Shown: piece by piece, positions 39,077 through 49,160 of the stretch
Position numbering within the stretch: the first letter of the stretch is position 1
How the letters are laid out: every line of letters starts with the position of its first letter
From: Promethearchaeota archaeon
GTDB taxonomy: Archaea; Asgardarchaeota; Lokiarchaeia; Sigyniarchaeales; SOKP01
Length of the DNA stretch: 64,000 nucleotides
Direction of reading: 5' to 3'
Assembly (NCBI GenBank): GCA_019058365.1
Contig: JAHPZE010000001.1
Location: forward strand, 256,001 to 320,000
The notes under the pieces: model-generated
What the model saw: the letters and a program-made list of their open reading frames with translations, nothing else
Told to the model about the DNA's origin: nothing
The model's database searches: none
Position numbers and translations under genes: made by a program

Positions 39077-40186
39077 TTATATTTTCCATTTTCCTTCTTC
39101 ATATATTATATTATCATCTGCTACTATTTTTGATCCTGGCAATTTCATGTCTTTCAGTATATCCCAATGAACTGAAGAGATATTTTTAGAGCCAGCTTCC
39201 TCAAAACCAAGCCCTAATGCACAATGTAATGTGCCACCGAGCTTTTCATCAAACAACATATTTTTTGTGAATTTAGTAATCCCATAATTTGTCCCAATCG
39301 CGAATTCTCCAATTCTGTTGGCGTTCTCCACTTTCAATAGATCTTGAAGAATATCTTCACCCTTTGCTGCAGTTGCTTTAATTACTTCTCCATCTTTAAA
39401 CTCTAAATAGATATTTTCGACTTCTTTCCCCATATATATCCCTGGATATGTAAATCGAATATAACCATTAACAGAATCTTCAATAGGACTAGTATAAACT
39501 TCACCATCAGGTAAATTTGTTTGACCACAACAATTTATCCATTTTCGACCTTCAACTGATAGCAATAAATCTGTATCTTCTCCAATAACCTGAATTTGCT
39601 TAATTTTATTTAAGTTTTCTATAATTAAGTCTTGTTTTTTCTTCATTTTCCGCCATTCTTCAATTGGATTTTCACGATCTAAGAATAAACTCTTAACTAC
39701 AAAAGCGGAATATGACAATAAATCCATATTTGCTTCTTGAGCATGAGCATTGCAAGGATAAGGAATTACAATCCATTTTAATTCACCCGTTGAAGTTCTC
39801 TGCTTCATTATCTTCCTTAACTCAGCCCTTTTAGGAACACCCATATAGGTTGATAATTTCTTAGAATCAACGTTACTATATTTACGAGTATTATAATCAG
39901 CGTGTATTTCAATTAAACGATCAAATTCAGTAAATATTAACTCTTCAGTTTTATCAACATATACTAACTGTTCTTCTGAAGCATATTGAAAAAAAGTCTC
40001 TCTTATCCCTTCCAAACTTGGAACAATAAGAGGGTAAGCACCAGCTTTAATTATTTCCATATTTAAAGCTTGAAATAATTCTTTCGCAATTGTAGGCCCC
40101 GTTATATAAACCGTATGCCCTTTCTCTATCTCAAGCGAATATTCAACTACAATTTTTGCTAACTTTTCGTAAATAGGATTAATCAT
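39077..40186 (-). CDS. M29 aminopeptidase (tandem paralogue)
   Basis: NLPDGEV, GEFAIGTN, LFDEKLGGTLHCALG, SSVHWD. Confidence 0.93.
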   Translation of the reverse strand: MINPIYEKLAKIVVEYSLEIEKGHTVYITGPTIAKELFQALNMEIIKAGAYPLIVPSLEGIRETFFQYASEEQLVYVDKTEELIFTEFDRLIEIHADYNTRKYSNVDSKKLSTYMGVPKRAELRKIMKQRTSTGELKWIVIPYPCNAHAQEANMDLLSYSAFVVKSLFLDRENPIEEWRKMKKKQDLIIENLNKIKQIQVIGEDTDLLLSVEGRKWINCCGQTNLPDGEVYTSPIEDSVNGYIRFTYPGIYMGKEVENIYLEFKDGEVIKATAAKGEDILQDLLKVENANRIGEFAIGTNYGITKFTKNMLFDEKLGGTLHCALGLGFEEAGSKNISSVHWDILKDMKLPGSKIVADDNIIYEEGKWKI

Positions 40187-40206
40187 TTTGATTTCTCCCT
40201 CCTTAT

Positions 40207-41130
40207 TTATATTTTATCAATTAATTCATTTAGTTTTGAAATAACTTCTTCTGATGTACTCGTGAATTTGAACACACCTTCCTCTAAAGTACCCTCAATA
40301 CCATCGGCAGCTATCTCATATACCATATTTTCAGCATCCTCATTTGACTTACCTAATGCTTGAGCTAATTTATCAATAGGTATACTATTATATAGTTTGA
40401 TTAGTCCACTTACCCTCTTTTTAATCCGTTCTTTTTTAGTTTCCGTATCAATTGTCAATTTAATTTCATGTTTCCCTTTCTTCTTTTTGCCAAATTTCTG
40501 TTCAAATTTTTCACCTATTTCCTCTATACCTGAATCTTTTACCACTTGTTCGATATCTTCTCCCATTAATTCCAAATTACGACCTAGTCGTTCTAATTTT
40601 GCTATGTCCCCTATATTATTCTTTACAAATTTCATGGACTTTCGAACCAACTCTGATACTGAAGCACCTAATCCTTCAGCCCAATCTCTCCATTCCTCAC
40701 TCATATCAGGATCAACAGAAATATTTATTCTGGCTGCTTTCTTTTTTGCTTTTTCTACTTTTTTTTGAACTTTTTCAGTAAATTTCGCTTCATGTTTTTT
40801 AATTTTCTCTTTTAATAACTTAAGCTTCTCTTTTGCATGATTAATTTGCTCCCTTGCATCATCTCCATAATATTCTAATTCTCCCTTTATATCACCAACT
40901 TCATCAAGTAAGGATTCTCGTTCTTCCATAAGATCTTCCAGTTCATCTCTCAAATCATCCTTTATATCATCTGCCTGATCTCTTAAATCGTCAATTACGT
41001 CCTTTAATTCATCATGTAAATCGTCTAACTCGAACATAAGCTCATCGCGAATATCATTTAACTCCCATCTGACCCTACTTCTCTCTTCTTCTCTTTCTTC
41101 GTTTGCATTCCATTTTTCATTATTCGGCAT
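40207..41130 (-). CDS. Coiled-coil + ribbon-helix-helix + C-terminal winged-helix (PCI-like) protein
   Basis: Acidic heptad N-terminus; ARINISVDPDMSEEWRDWAEGLGASVSELVRKSM (CopG/RHH); YNSIPIDKLAQALGKSNEDAENMVYEIAADG. Confidence 0.7.
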   Translation of the reverse strand: MPNNEKWNANEEREEERSRVRWELNDIRDELMFELDDLHDELKDVIDDLRDQADDIKDDLRDELEDLMEERESLLDEVGDIKGELEYYGDDAREQINHAKEKLKLLKEKIKKHEAKFTEKVQKKVEKAKKKAARINISVDPDMSEEWRDWAEGLGASVSELVRKSMKFVKNNIGDIAKLERLGRNLELMGEDIEQVVKDSGIEEIGEKFEQKFGKKKKGKHEIKLTIDTETKKERIKKRVSGLIKLYNSIPIDKLAQALGKSNEDAENMVYEIAADGIEGTLEEGVFKFTSTSEEVISKLNELIDKI

Positions 41131-41171
41131 TTTGATTCCTCCTTTTTTTATGGTATAAGTTTTATTTACAT

Positions 41172-41852
41172 CTAAAAGTGCAAATCCTCTTCTTTAATTT
41201 GAATCGGCTTATTCGCTAAAATAGTTTTATCTTGAACATCAATACGATTAACATAGTATACTGTCCCCAAAACCTCTGTATTTCTACCTATTATCACATC
41301 TCGACCTTTAACGTCCCCATCAACAAGAAGTTTCATAAGTTCAATATTATTTCTTGCTAATATGGTGCCAACCACTTTATTAGGATGTTTATATATATTG
41401 ATACCAAACCCTCGACGACCAATAATCACATCAGTTCCACTAACATTTCCATAAATTGTACTTGATCCTGAAATAATTACACTTTCTAATGTTAAAAGCT
41501 CACCCTGAACTCTTGCTGAGCCTGAACTTTTAAACCCATCAATAGCTTCAACCTTCATACCTGCTCTAAATGAACCTGAACTATGAAGTTTTCCCTTAAT
41601 TAACACTTCCCCGTCAACTGACATTGAACCAGATGATCTGAGATTACCATCTCCATAAAGGTTTCCTATAAGTCTAAATGACCCAGAATTTACGATATCA
41701 CCATAAACTGTCAAATTCCCTGTGCCTCTTGTAGAACCAGATGAATGAAACCCATTACATTCAAAATTTCCCTTTATTTTAGCGGAACCTGAAATCTGTA
41801 TCTCATCATTTATTTTTCCCTCGGAAAGTGTTCCTGATCCAGAAATTTTCAT
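41172..41852 (-). CDS. Bactofilin-like polymer-forming beta-helical protein (YhbE/YhbF type)
   Basis: Starts MKISGSG; ~17-aa SGS/GxV/GxI repeats; ends VDGDVKGRDVIIGRNTEV..VYY. Confidence 0.8.
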   Translation of the reverse strand: MKISGSGTLSEGKINDEIQISGSAKIKGNFECNGFHSSGSTRGTGNLTVYGDIVNSGSFRLIGNLYGDGNLRSSGSMSVDGEVLIKGKLHSSGSFRAGMKVEAIDGFKSSGSARVQGELLTLESVIISGSSTIYGNVSGTDVIIGRRGFGINIYKHPNKVVGTILARNNIELMKLLVDGDVKGRDVIIGRNTEVLGTVYYVNRIDVQDKTILANKPIQIKEEDLHF

Positions 41853-41874
41853 ATTATTTTTACCTCCTTTTTAT

Positions 41875-41973
41875 TTAAAATAATATTCTAAAAGACCATG
41901 ATTTAGTTTTTATTTTAGTTTTTATTGCTTTAATATTTACATATCCTTTTTCTTTACTTTCTGTTTTATTCAT
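41875..41973 (-). CDS. 32-aa Lys-rich small ORF, not in ORF track
   Basis: MNKTESKEKGYVNIKAIKTKIKTKSWSFRILF with a GGAGGT RBS 7 nt upstream, the same RBS type as the downstream genes. Confidence 0.5.
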   Translation of the reverse strand: MNKTESKEKGYVNIKAIKTKIKTKSWSFRILF

Positions 41974-42194
41974 TTTTCTAACCTCCAATTCTTTTTTCTT
42001 TTCCAAATCTTAAGTTTATAAAAATCTAATTTTTTTGATTATTATGATAAAAAAATAAAAAAAATTGTATTTAGAAATACATTTTGCCAATATCCGCTCT
42101 TTTCGCGTCAAAATGGACCTTAACGTTCTTATAAGATTCATAACTATTTTCCATTTTTTTTTCCACCATTTTTTTTTTTTTTTAATTTTTTTTG

Positions 42195-42370
42195 AGTGTG
42201 TATAATTTTTTATTCTCTGATCTTAAAGTGTGTATTATTATATTTAAATGTTGTGGATCACAAGTGTGTTTTGCAGATCGTGAAACCGCAAATATTGTGA
42301 GGAAAAGTGCTCTAACTATTTTTTGCTGGACTTCTTGAGATTGTGTATGCAAAAAATCAATACACACTTT
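42195..42370. promoter_or_regulatory. Cluster of (A)GTGTGTAT motifs, direct and inverted, around a minus-strand TATA box
   Basis: Copies at 42195, 42225, 42262 (variant) and 42342, and an inverted copy at 42359-42370; TTTAAATA on the minus strand at 42241-42248. Confidence 0.5.
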
Positions 42371-42585
42371 TAAAAAAAATTGAAAATTTTTATTTCTTTT
42401 GTATAGCAAATTTAATTGAGTTATCGAAGAACCAGAGGAAAATATAAAATGTAATTATCCATTTAAGCTTTAAGCTTCAAAAGACCCTTTCATTATTTAA
42501 ATCAGTAAAAAAGTAATAGATTTAATGAATGAATTTATATAATATAATCAAATTCATTATAATTTAGAGGAATTTTATTGTTCTC

Positions 42586-43956
42586 ATGAAAAAAATATCT
42601 AAAGAAGATCTTTTAAGAAAATCCAGAATTCCTGGGATTAATGCAATCAAAATGCATAAGTTCTATAAAGGTAAAATACAGATACTTCCTCGTTGTCAAA
42701 TTCGAGACTATAGTGACTTTGCAATTTGGTATTCTCCAGGTGTATCTGCACCATCTAATGAAATTTTTAATGATGTGCAGAAAGTATATGATTATACTAA
42801 TAAATGGAACTCTATAGCGATTGTAAGTGATGGAACAAGAGTCTTAGGCCTTGGAGATATTGGTCCTGAAGCAGCTTTACCCGTAATGGAGGGTAAATCT
42901 ATGTTGTTCAAATATTTAGGTGGAGTTGATGCCATTCCTTTATGCATTAGTAAAGATCAATGTTGTGAGGCTAAACAAATTATCGAATTTGTTAAAATGA
43001 TTCAACCCACATTTGGAGGTATCAATTTAGAAGATATTGAGAAACCTAAATGTTTCTCTGTTTTAGATGGATTACGTACGGATCCAGAAGTGAAAATACC
43101 TGTATGGCATGATGATCAGCAAGGAACAGCTTGTGTAGTACTAGCAGGATTGATAAATTCATTACGAATTGTAGGAAAGAAAAAAGATGATGTGAAAATT
43201 GTCTTCAATGGAGTTGGTGCAGCAAATTTTGGAATATATCGATTATTAAAAGCAGATGGGTTTAATCTAAAAAAATTCTTGTTTGTTGATTCAAGAGGAA
43301 TTTTATATCAAGGAAGGTCCGATTTAGAAGATTCTAAAGATTATAAGTATGAATTAGTTGGTTTCAGTAATCCAGAACAATTGCAAGGAGATTGTGGTTC
43401 AGCAATGGAAGGAGCGGATATTCTTATATCTTCTAGTATTCCAGGTCCTAATGTTATTAAGAAGGAATGGATTTCGAAAATGGCTGATGACGCTATAATC
43501 TTCGTATTGGCTAACCCAATTCCTGAAATATTTCCGTGGGATGCATTAGAGGCTGGTGCTCGAATTGTAGGAACAGGACGATCAGATTTTCCAAATCAAG
43601 TAAATAATTCTCTGTGTTTTCCTGGAGTTTTTAGAGGAACCTTAGATGTATGTGCAAAAACTATTACTGATGAGATGTGTATTGCGGCTTCTTATGCTCT
43701 AGCAAATTTAGTAAATGAGATTAAAGGATGCTTAATAGAGACATGTATTCTTCCAACCATGGAATATGAAGAATTATTCATTAGAGAAGCCGTTGTTACA
43801 GGTTTGAAAGCAATTGAACAAGGAATAGCTCGTTTTAGGCTTTCAGAAGACGAATTATATTCAACAGCAAAGAAAATAATTGAAAATTCTCATTCGGAAT
43901 TAAAAATATTAATGAAAAAAGGATTGATACCAGAGTTCAATGATTATACCAAATAG
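42586..43956 (+). CDS. mae: NAD(P)-dependent malic enzyme
   Basis: [62 protein letters not shown]. Confidence 0.95.
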   Translation: MKKISKEDLLRKSRIPGINAIKMHKFYKGKIQILPRCQIRDYSDFAIWYSPGVSAPSNEIFNDVQKVYDYTNKWNSIAIVSDGTRVLGLGDIGPEAALPVMEGKSMLFKYLGGVDAIPLCISKDQCCEAKQIIEFVKMIQPTFGGINLEDIEKPKCFSVLDGLRTDPEVKIPVWHDDQQGTACVVLAGLINSLRIVGKKKDDVKIVFNGVGAANFGIYRLLKADGFNLKKFLFVDSRGILYQGRSDLEDSKDYKYELVGFSNPEQLQGDCGSAMEGADILISSSIPGPNVIKKEWISKMADDAIIFVLANPIPEIFPWDALEAGARIVGTGRSDFPNQVNNSLCFPGVFRGTLDVCAKTITDEMCIAASYALANLVNEIKGCLIETCILPTMEYEELFIREAVVTGLKAIEQGIARFRLSEDELYSTAKKIIENSHSELKILMKKGLIPEFNDYTK

Positions 43957-44040
43957 AATTGGATCTTTAGGAAGAAGAAAATTAAAATAGTATGTAAAGA
44001 TTATATTCAATAAAAAGTTTAAAAGGAAATTATACTAAAT

Positions 44041-44259
44041 ATGGTAAACATAAAGAAATGGGAAGATAACGAACATTGGGTTGAAATTGATTTAGATTTA
44101 TGTGTAGGAGCTGAAGAATGTATAAATGTATGCCCTGTAGAAGTATATACACTTGTAGATGGTAAAGTTATAGCTGATAATATTGGTGAATGTACAGATT
44201 GCATGGCGTGTCAAGATGTATGTCCTACAAATGCAATTTTAGATCATTCTGCTTGGTAA
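44041..44259 (+). CDS. Ferredoxin (dicluster, possibly 7Fe)
   Basis: CVGAEECINVCP and CTDCMACQDVCP. Confidence 0.9.
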   Translation: MVNIKKWEDNEHWVEIDLDLCVGAEECINVCPVEVYTLVDGKVIADNIGECTDCMACQDVCPTNAILDHSAW

Positions 44260-44475
44260 ATAATAAAAATTAAATTCATTATTTAAAAAGTAGTTAAGAA
44301 TCTGGAAAAGTCCTTTTGCTGTAGCGTTTTTTTAACGTGATAATCTCGAATTAAAATTTCAATATGATTAAAATCTGCTGTAAATTTTAGCTATAATGGT
44401 CTATTATATATTTGATGTAGAGAATAATATTTAATTAAAATAAGGTTTAAATAATTAACAAGCAGTAATTTACCT

Positions 44476-44772
44476 ATGGTAAAATTTAAAATAGTAATTA
44501 AAAGACATTGTTATTTCTGTGACTTATTAATTAAATGGCTATCTGATAAAAAGGTTGATTATCATATTTTAGATTATCAGGATCCCAAAGATTTTAATGA
44601 TCCATTGATGAAAAATCCAACTTTTAACAGTTTATATTGCGACATGAGTGCTTGTGTTGAAAGTCTTCCACTAATTGTAAAGAATAATAAGAAATTTTAT
44701 TATTCAGAAATATGGGATTTAATTAATAACTCTATAATAGAAGAAAAAGCACGAGAGATTTTTGAACTATAA
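44476..44772 (+). CDS. Glutaredoxin-like protein
   Basis: HCYFC near the N-terminus, cis-Pro motif SLPLIV, additional CDMSAC. Confidence 0.7.
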   Translation: MVKFKIVIKRHCYFCDLLIKWLSDKKVDYHILDYQDPKDFNDPLMKNPTFNSLYCDMSACVESLPLIVKNNKKFYYSEIWDLINNSIIEEKAREIFEL

Positions 44773-45116
44773 TTTTTTTGTTTATCTTTAATTCCTTAGC
44801 AAAATATTCGAGAAATAAGAGATTAATTATCTGAAATTTTGTCCAAATATCTCCAAAATTTTATTAATATTAAAATAGGCTAGTAATTTTTCATTTTTCT
44901 TCATTCCGTTAAGTCTATTTTTAAATTATAGCGCTTATAAATAAAAACATTATATGGAGAATTATTGATAACTTAGGATTTACATATAATATTAAAAAGA
45001 TAGTTGTAAAAAAATACTTACACTTGATTATTCAAGATCCTCAGATAATCTATCAAGACAAAGAGAAGGATATTTTTTCTAGTATAATTAATATAACATA
45101 AAAAAAAAGTTGTAGT

Positions 45117-45449
45117 TTATCCCGCAGTACTTGCGGGAATTAAAAGAATATCATCTCCATTATTAACATCATAGTCTCTTAATGAACTGTTCTCATCCAT
45201 TGTAACTCCACCAGAGGATAAATGAAAATCATTCGGATCAAGTCCATATAAATTTCCTAATGTATGCTTAATATCATTTACATGATTACTGTCATTTACA
45301 GTTAATTTTTCTTTCTTTTCACCAGGACCAATAGTTGACATAAAATATAGGGTCAATTTTTTTCCTGCAGAAGGGGTTTTACTTGCAGGAGTTTTAGATT
45401 TTACGGGTTCATTTCCACCTAAATCTTCATCAAATTCATCAAAACTCAT
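45117..45449 (-). CDS. Ubiquitin-like (beta-grasp) protein with N-terminal flexible extension
   Basis: VNDIKHTL...GLDPNDFHL..GGVTMDENSSLRDYDVNNGDDILLI parallels the ubiquitin core; ends STAG. Confidence 0.8.
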   Translation of the reverse strand: MSFDEFDEDLGGNEPVKSKTPASKTPSAGKKLTLYFMSTIGPGEKKEKLTVNDSNHVNDIKHTLGNLYGLDPNDFHLSSGGVTMDENSSLRDYDVNNGDDILLIPASTAG

Positions 45450-45541
45450 TCATATCACATCTATTTTTTTAATGTTTATATTTGTATTTTTATTTAGACT
45501 TAATATAATGGCATTAAAATGATATTATAAAACCCATTGGA

Positions 45542-46063
45542 ATGATTTTGAAGGTTTAAATATCTCAAGCTCTTGAAACTATAAAAGAAAAACCTGATGA
45601 TGTTTATACTTTTTTTAAGGTTTTTGCTGACATCCTTATAAAACAAACTATGTGGTCGCAAAGTACTAAAATGGAAATCATAGAGATTGAGCCTCATGAG
45701 AAATTATGGTCGAGTTTTCAGTTATTACCTATGTTTGGAGCTCAATTTAGTTTTACTGTAGCTTTTGAACTTTCTTATGATATTATTGAAGTGATGTATA
45801 ATTATAAATTAGCATTTTTGAAGAAAGTACCAATGAAGAAGTGGATGATGAAAATGGCTAAGAAAACTCTCAATCCATAAATGGTTGCTTTAATCATCAA
45901 GAGTTTGAACGAAGCTAAGAAGAAAATAAAAGAAGAACCAATTTCTGAAGAAGGTTAACCTTTTTCCACGGATTATCCTCTTAAATTGCTGAAAATGAAA
46001 ATGATTAATGGTGAAATTTCTGAGGAAGAATACCTTCCTAAAAAGAAGTAATTAGAAGATTAA
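45542..46063 (+). pseudogene. Decayed gene ending in a SHOCT domain (possibly SRPBCC-like N-terminus)
   Basis: One reading frame from ATG 45542 to TAA 46061-46063 with internal TAA at 45557, 45878, 45956 and 46049; end reads DYPLKLLKMKMINGEISEEEYLPKKK*LED. Confidence 0.65.
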
Positions 46064-46286
46064 AGCATAAAAGCTTTCCAAATACTAAATAGATAAAAAC
46101 TTTCTTCAAGTAAAGCTGATTTTTAATTTATGTTTAAATTAAATCTTTCCCATTGAATCATATTGTTTAAGAAATGTTGATGAAGTAATTATTCTTTTGT
46201 TGATTTAGATATCTTGTCTAAACTGTGTATTACGAATAATTATTTCAATTATTGGTGTTTTTAGACAACAGAACAGGATATCTTTA

Positions 46287-48917
46287 TTAAATTCTAATAA
46301 TAATGTAAAAAAAGTAGTAATATCCAAAATAATACAATGGAAGTGCGCCAAATAGAGTACCTATGAAATGAGTAAAAACAGCGGGATATATATTATTTTT
46401 CATAGAGAATAAATAAGTTAAGAAAAAATTTACTACACAAATATAGAAAAAGGTTGTAATTAAAATACTACTGACAGTATTAAGAACTGTAGATAAAGTT
46501 ATAAAATAGATAAAGTAATATAGAAAGAAAATACCACTATTTAAGAATAGAGACAATAATCTATTATATTTTGTAAGGAGGACTGAAAAGATGATTCCAC
46601 GAAATAAAAGTTCATTCCATAAAGCAAAAACAAAGCTTACAAATATTTTATAAACATCAGGAGGGATATTCTCATTAAAAGAGGTGATTGTTGGAAAGAC
46701 AAAAGTATAGAAATAGTGAAATAACAAAATGAACAAAATTCCAAAGATCCCTAACTTACAGATTTTTAATTTATTATTTCGTATATCTGATGTATCATAA
46801 GTAAGTCCTTTGAGATTAGGAACAAAATTTATTTTTATGAAATATAAAAATAACGTAGGAAATATGATATACCATAAGATAATTCGAAATTGATTGAATT
46901 CTCCCAGATTATATACATTGGATATACAATAACTTAGAATATTTAAGTAAAGATTTCCTAAAGAAACTAAAAAAAAATTCAGTATTAATAGTAAAGTAAT
47001 TGAACTCCATGGATACATAATAAAAAATTTGTATTTAGTACTTAATTGGTATATCTCTTTATCCAAAGATAAGTTATGTACCTTTTTCTCTTTAGATTTT
47101 CGAGTAGGAGAAAAGATGATTCTCTGAGTGTTGTCTGGAATTATTTGGTATACCTCTCTATCAAAAGATAATTTTAGAATCTTTTTATTTTTAGGTTTTC
47201 GAGTAAGTGAAAAGATAGTTTTAAAAAAAATTAATAGAATGAAATAGCAACCCAACATAACTAAAGTATAAATTGAAATGAAATGTAGCATTCCCCAATA
47301 GTTCAAGATCGTCCCCATTGATATAATTAAAATGGTTAGAATGTATTCTAAAATGTAAATACGAGCCCATTTACTCATTTTATATTCAAAGTTAACTGGT
47401 TCAAGAACGAATCGATATTTTGCTCTTCCAAAAAAGCATATTCGCATTTCAAACATTGAAATAAGAATAAACCATGCAAATGGCAATGAAACTAAAACAG
47501 TCAGAAGTAAAGCTATAAAATTTGGTTCAAACATATAAACAAGGTAAGGAGATATGACAGAAATTGTTTGAATTATTATGAAATACAAAAGTTTTGATTT
47601 AGCTTGATTTTTAGGTATTATTGGTAGTGATGAAAAGATAGGATCTCCACTTTCTTCTAAATTCATTAAGTTATATAATAACATACCACAAATAATAGGT
47701 TGAAAAGCCAAAATTACTGACCAAGTATAAATAAACTCTGTATTTAAGAGAGATTGCCCTTGTAACACTGTGAAATTAAATGTAAAAGTAAACACGAATG
47801 AAATGATAACCGGTGTTATAGCTGATAAGAAAATTTTGAGATTCCTAAAGGTTATTGAAAGATCCTTAATAAAGTGCGCGTAGGTGGGCTTTCTTATTTT
47901 AATGTTAATTTGAAGATGTTCTTGTATTAAATGCGAATTTTTATTTTTCTTTTGAATTTCATCACCTGAAAGGGTTATTTTCTTTAACCCTGATATTGCT
48001 TTAGTAAAAATCCAATAAGTAAATATTATAAATAGCCCCAAACCACATAAAACCCCTATCCAAAAATGGAAATTAAATTGAATGGGGATAGTGAGAAAAA
48101 CGATTAAATAACTTGATGATTGAAATGGAATAGTTGCAAGAATCAGATTTAAAATAGCAGAACTCTTTTGAACCAATGGAGATGTAAAAAAAGAATTCAT
48201 GGACGTTATTGCCCACTGCACAAAAATTAGGCTTCCAAAAAAAATTATAACAAAACCGAATATATTTATCAATCGTAGTATTGTTGTTTTTCTTGAATTT
48301 GCGTCGTTTATATCTATGATTCTATTTATTCGTTCTCCAAAAATTGTTAAAATAATAAAGGTAGTTGTACTTTGGAGCATTGAAATCCCTAAACAGATCA
48401 AAAAAATTATAAAATTCAAGGTTCCAATGAACATTGCTATTGGGAAACCAAGGGTTATCACTATTAATGGGAGATCAAAAGTTCGAAAAACACTAATAAT
48501 TTTTAATTTTTGTAATTCATTAGTAGAAATTGGTAAGGTTTTTAGCCAAGAGAATAGGCTATTTGACATAATTAAACCTGCTTCTATCATACCCATCAAA
48601 AAAACATTAAAAAATTGTAAAATAAAAAAAAATAAAAATAATAAACTACCACCAAGTACTGCTATTTCAATAGAATATCCATGAGTGATAACTCCATTTA
48701 TCATCTCAAAATATGTCATAAGTGGGATTGCAGGGAGAATTCCAAAAAAAACAGAATAGAATATTTTAGTAATTAGGATCTTTGCTTTTAGCAGGTTCTT
48801 CTTTTTATTATACTTTTTTAAAAGGTTTTCTGTGTTAGCACGTAATAATTCTTCTACAAAAATCTCTTGGTTCACAGATTTTGCTATTTTTATTAGATTT
48901 AACCTATCTTTTGACAT
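46287..48917 (-). CDS. Polytopic membrane protein (ABC-permease-like) fused to a degenerate CPBP/CAAX-protease domain
   Basis: WLKTLPIS and SSLPI permease-type motifs, about 20 TM; C-terminal NELLFRG and AVFTHF. Confidence 0.65.
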   Translation of the reverse strand: MSKDRLNLIKIAKSVNQEIFVEELLRANTENLLKKYNKKKNLLKAKILITKIFYSVFFGILPAIPLMTYFEMINGVITHGYSIEIAVLGGSLLFLFFFILQFFNVFLMGMIEAGLIMSNSLFSWLKTLPISTNELQKLKIISVFRTFDLPLIVITLGFPIAMFIGTLNFIIFLICLGISMLQSTTTFIILTIFGERINRIIDINDANSRKTTILRLINIFGFVIIFFGSLIFVQWAITSMNSFFTSPLVQKSSAILNLILATIPFQSSSYLIVFLTIPIQFNFHFWIGVLCGLGLFIIFTYWIFTKAISGLKKITLSGDEIQKKNKNSHLIQEHLQINIKIRKPTYAHFIKDLSITFRNLKIFLSAITPVIISFVFTFTFNFTVLQGQSLLNTEFIYTWSVILAFQPIICGMLLYNLMNLEESGDPIFSSLPIIPKNQAKSKLLYFIIIQTISVISPYLVYMFEPNFIALLLTVLVSLPFAWFILISMFEMRICFFGRAKYRFVLEPVNFEYKMSKWARIYILEYILTILIISMGTILNYWGMLHFISIYTLVMLGCYFILLIFFKTIFSLTRKPKNKKILKLSFDREVYQIIPDNTQRIIFSPTRKSKEKKVHNLSLDKEIYQLSTKYKFFIMYPWSSITLLLILNFFLVSLGNLYLNILSYCISNVYNLGEFNQFRIILWYIIFPTLFLYFIKINFVPNLKGLTYDTSDIRNNKLKICKLGIFGILFILLFHYFYTFVFPTITSFNENIPPDVYKIFVSFVFALWNELLFRGIIFSVLLTKYNRLLSLFLNSGIFFLYYFIYFITLSTVLNTVSSILITTFFYICVVNFFLTYLFSMKNNIYPAVFTHFIGTLFGALPLYYFGYYYFFYIIIRI
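47045..47218 (-). repeat. 99-nt-period internal tandem duplication
   Basis: IFSLTRKPKNKKILKLSFDREVYQI / IFSPTRKSKEKKVHNLSLDKEIYQL; DNA offset 99 nt. Confidence 0.8.
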
Positions 48918-49160
48918 AATTATGTCTATTTTAGGATCCTAACCTTAATTCAGTGGATTTATTTAAATAATAGTTGCATTATTTCTTGATTCTAAGCAAG
49001 GGAAGAAAAATATTTATATTATTAAATTATGCCTAAAAATTTAAACATTATTTATAAGACCTTTATCATATCAAATATTTGTAAAATGCTATAAAAAAAA
49101 AGATACGAGATAGGTATAATAAAAAGCTTATTTTAAGTACTTTAAAGGTTTAAAAGAATT

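Noticed and set aside
42182-42409. 75-aa minus-strand ORF in the intergenic region
   Set aside because: TTG start, no recognisable protein features, and it overlaps the motif-rich promoter region; probably spurious.
45500-45880. Short ORFs 45500-45697 (-) and 45650-45880 (+) as independent genes
   Set aside because: The + ORF is a fragment of the 45542-46063 pseudogene and the - ORF is its shadow.
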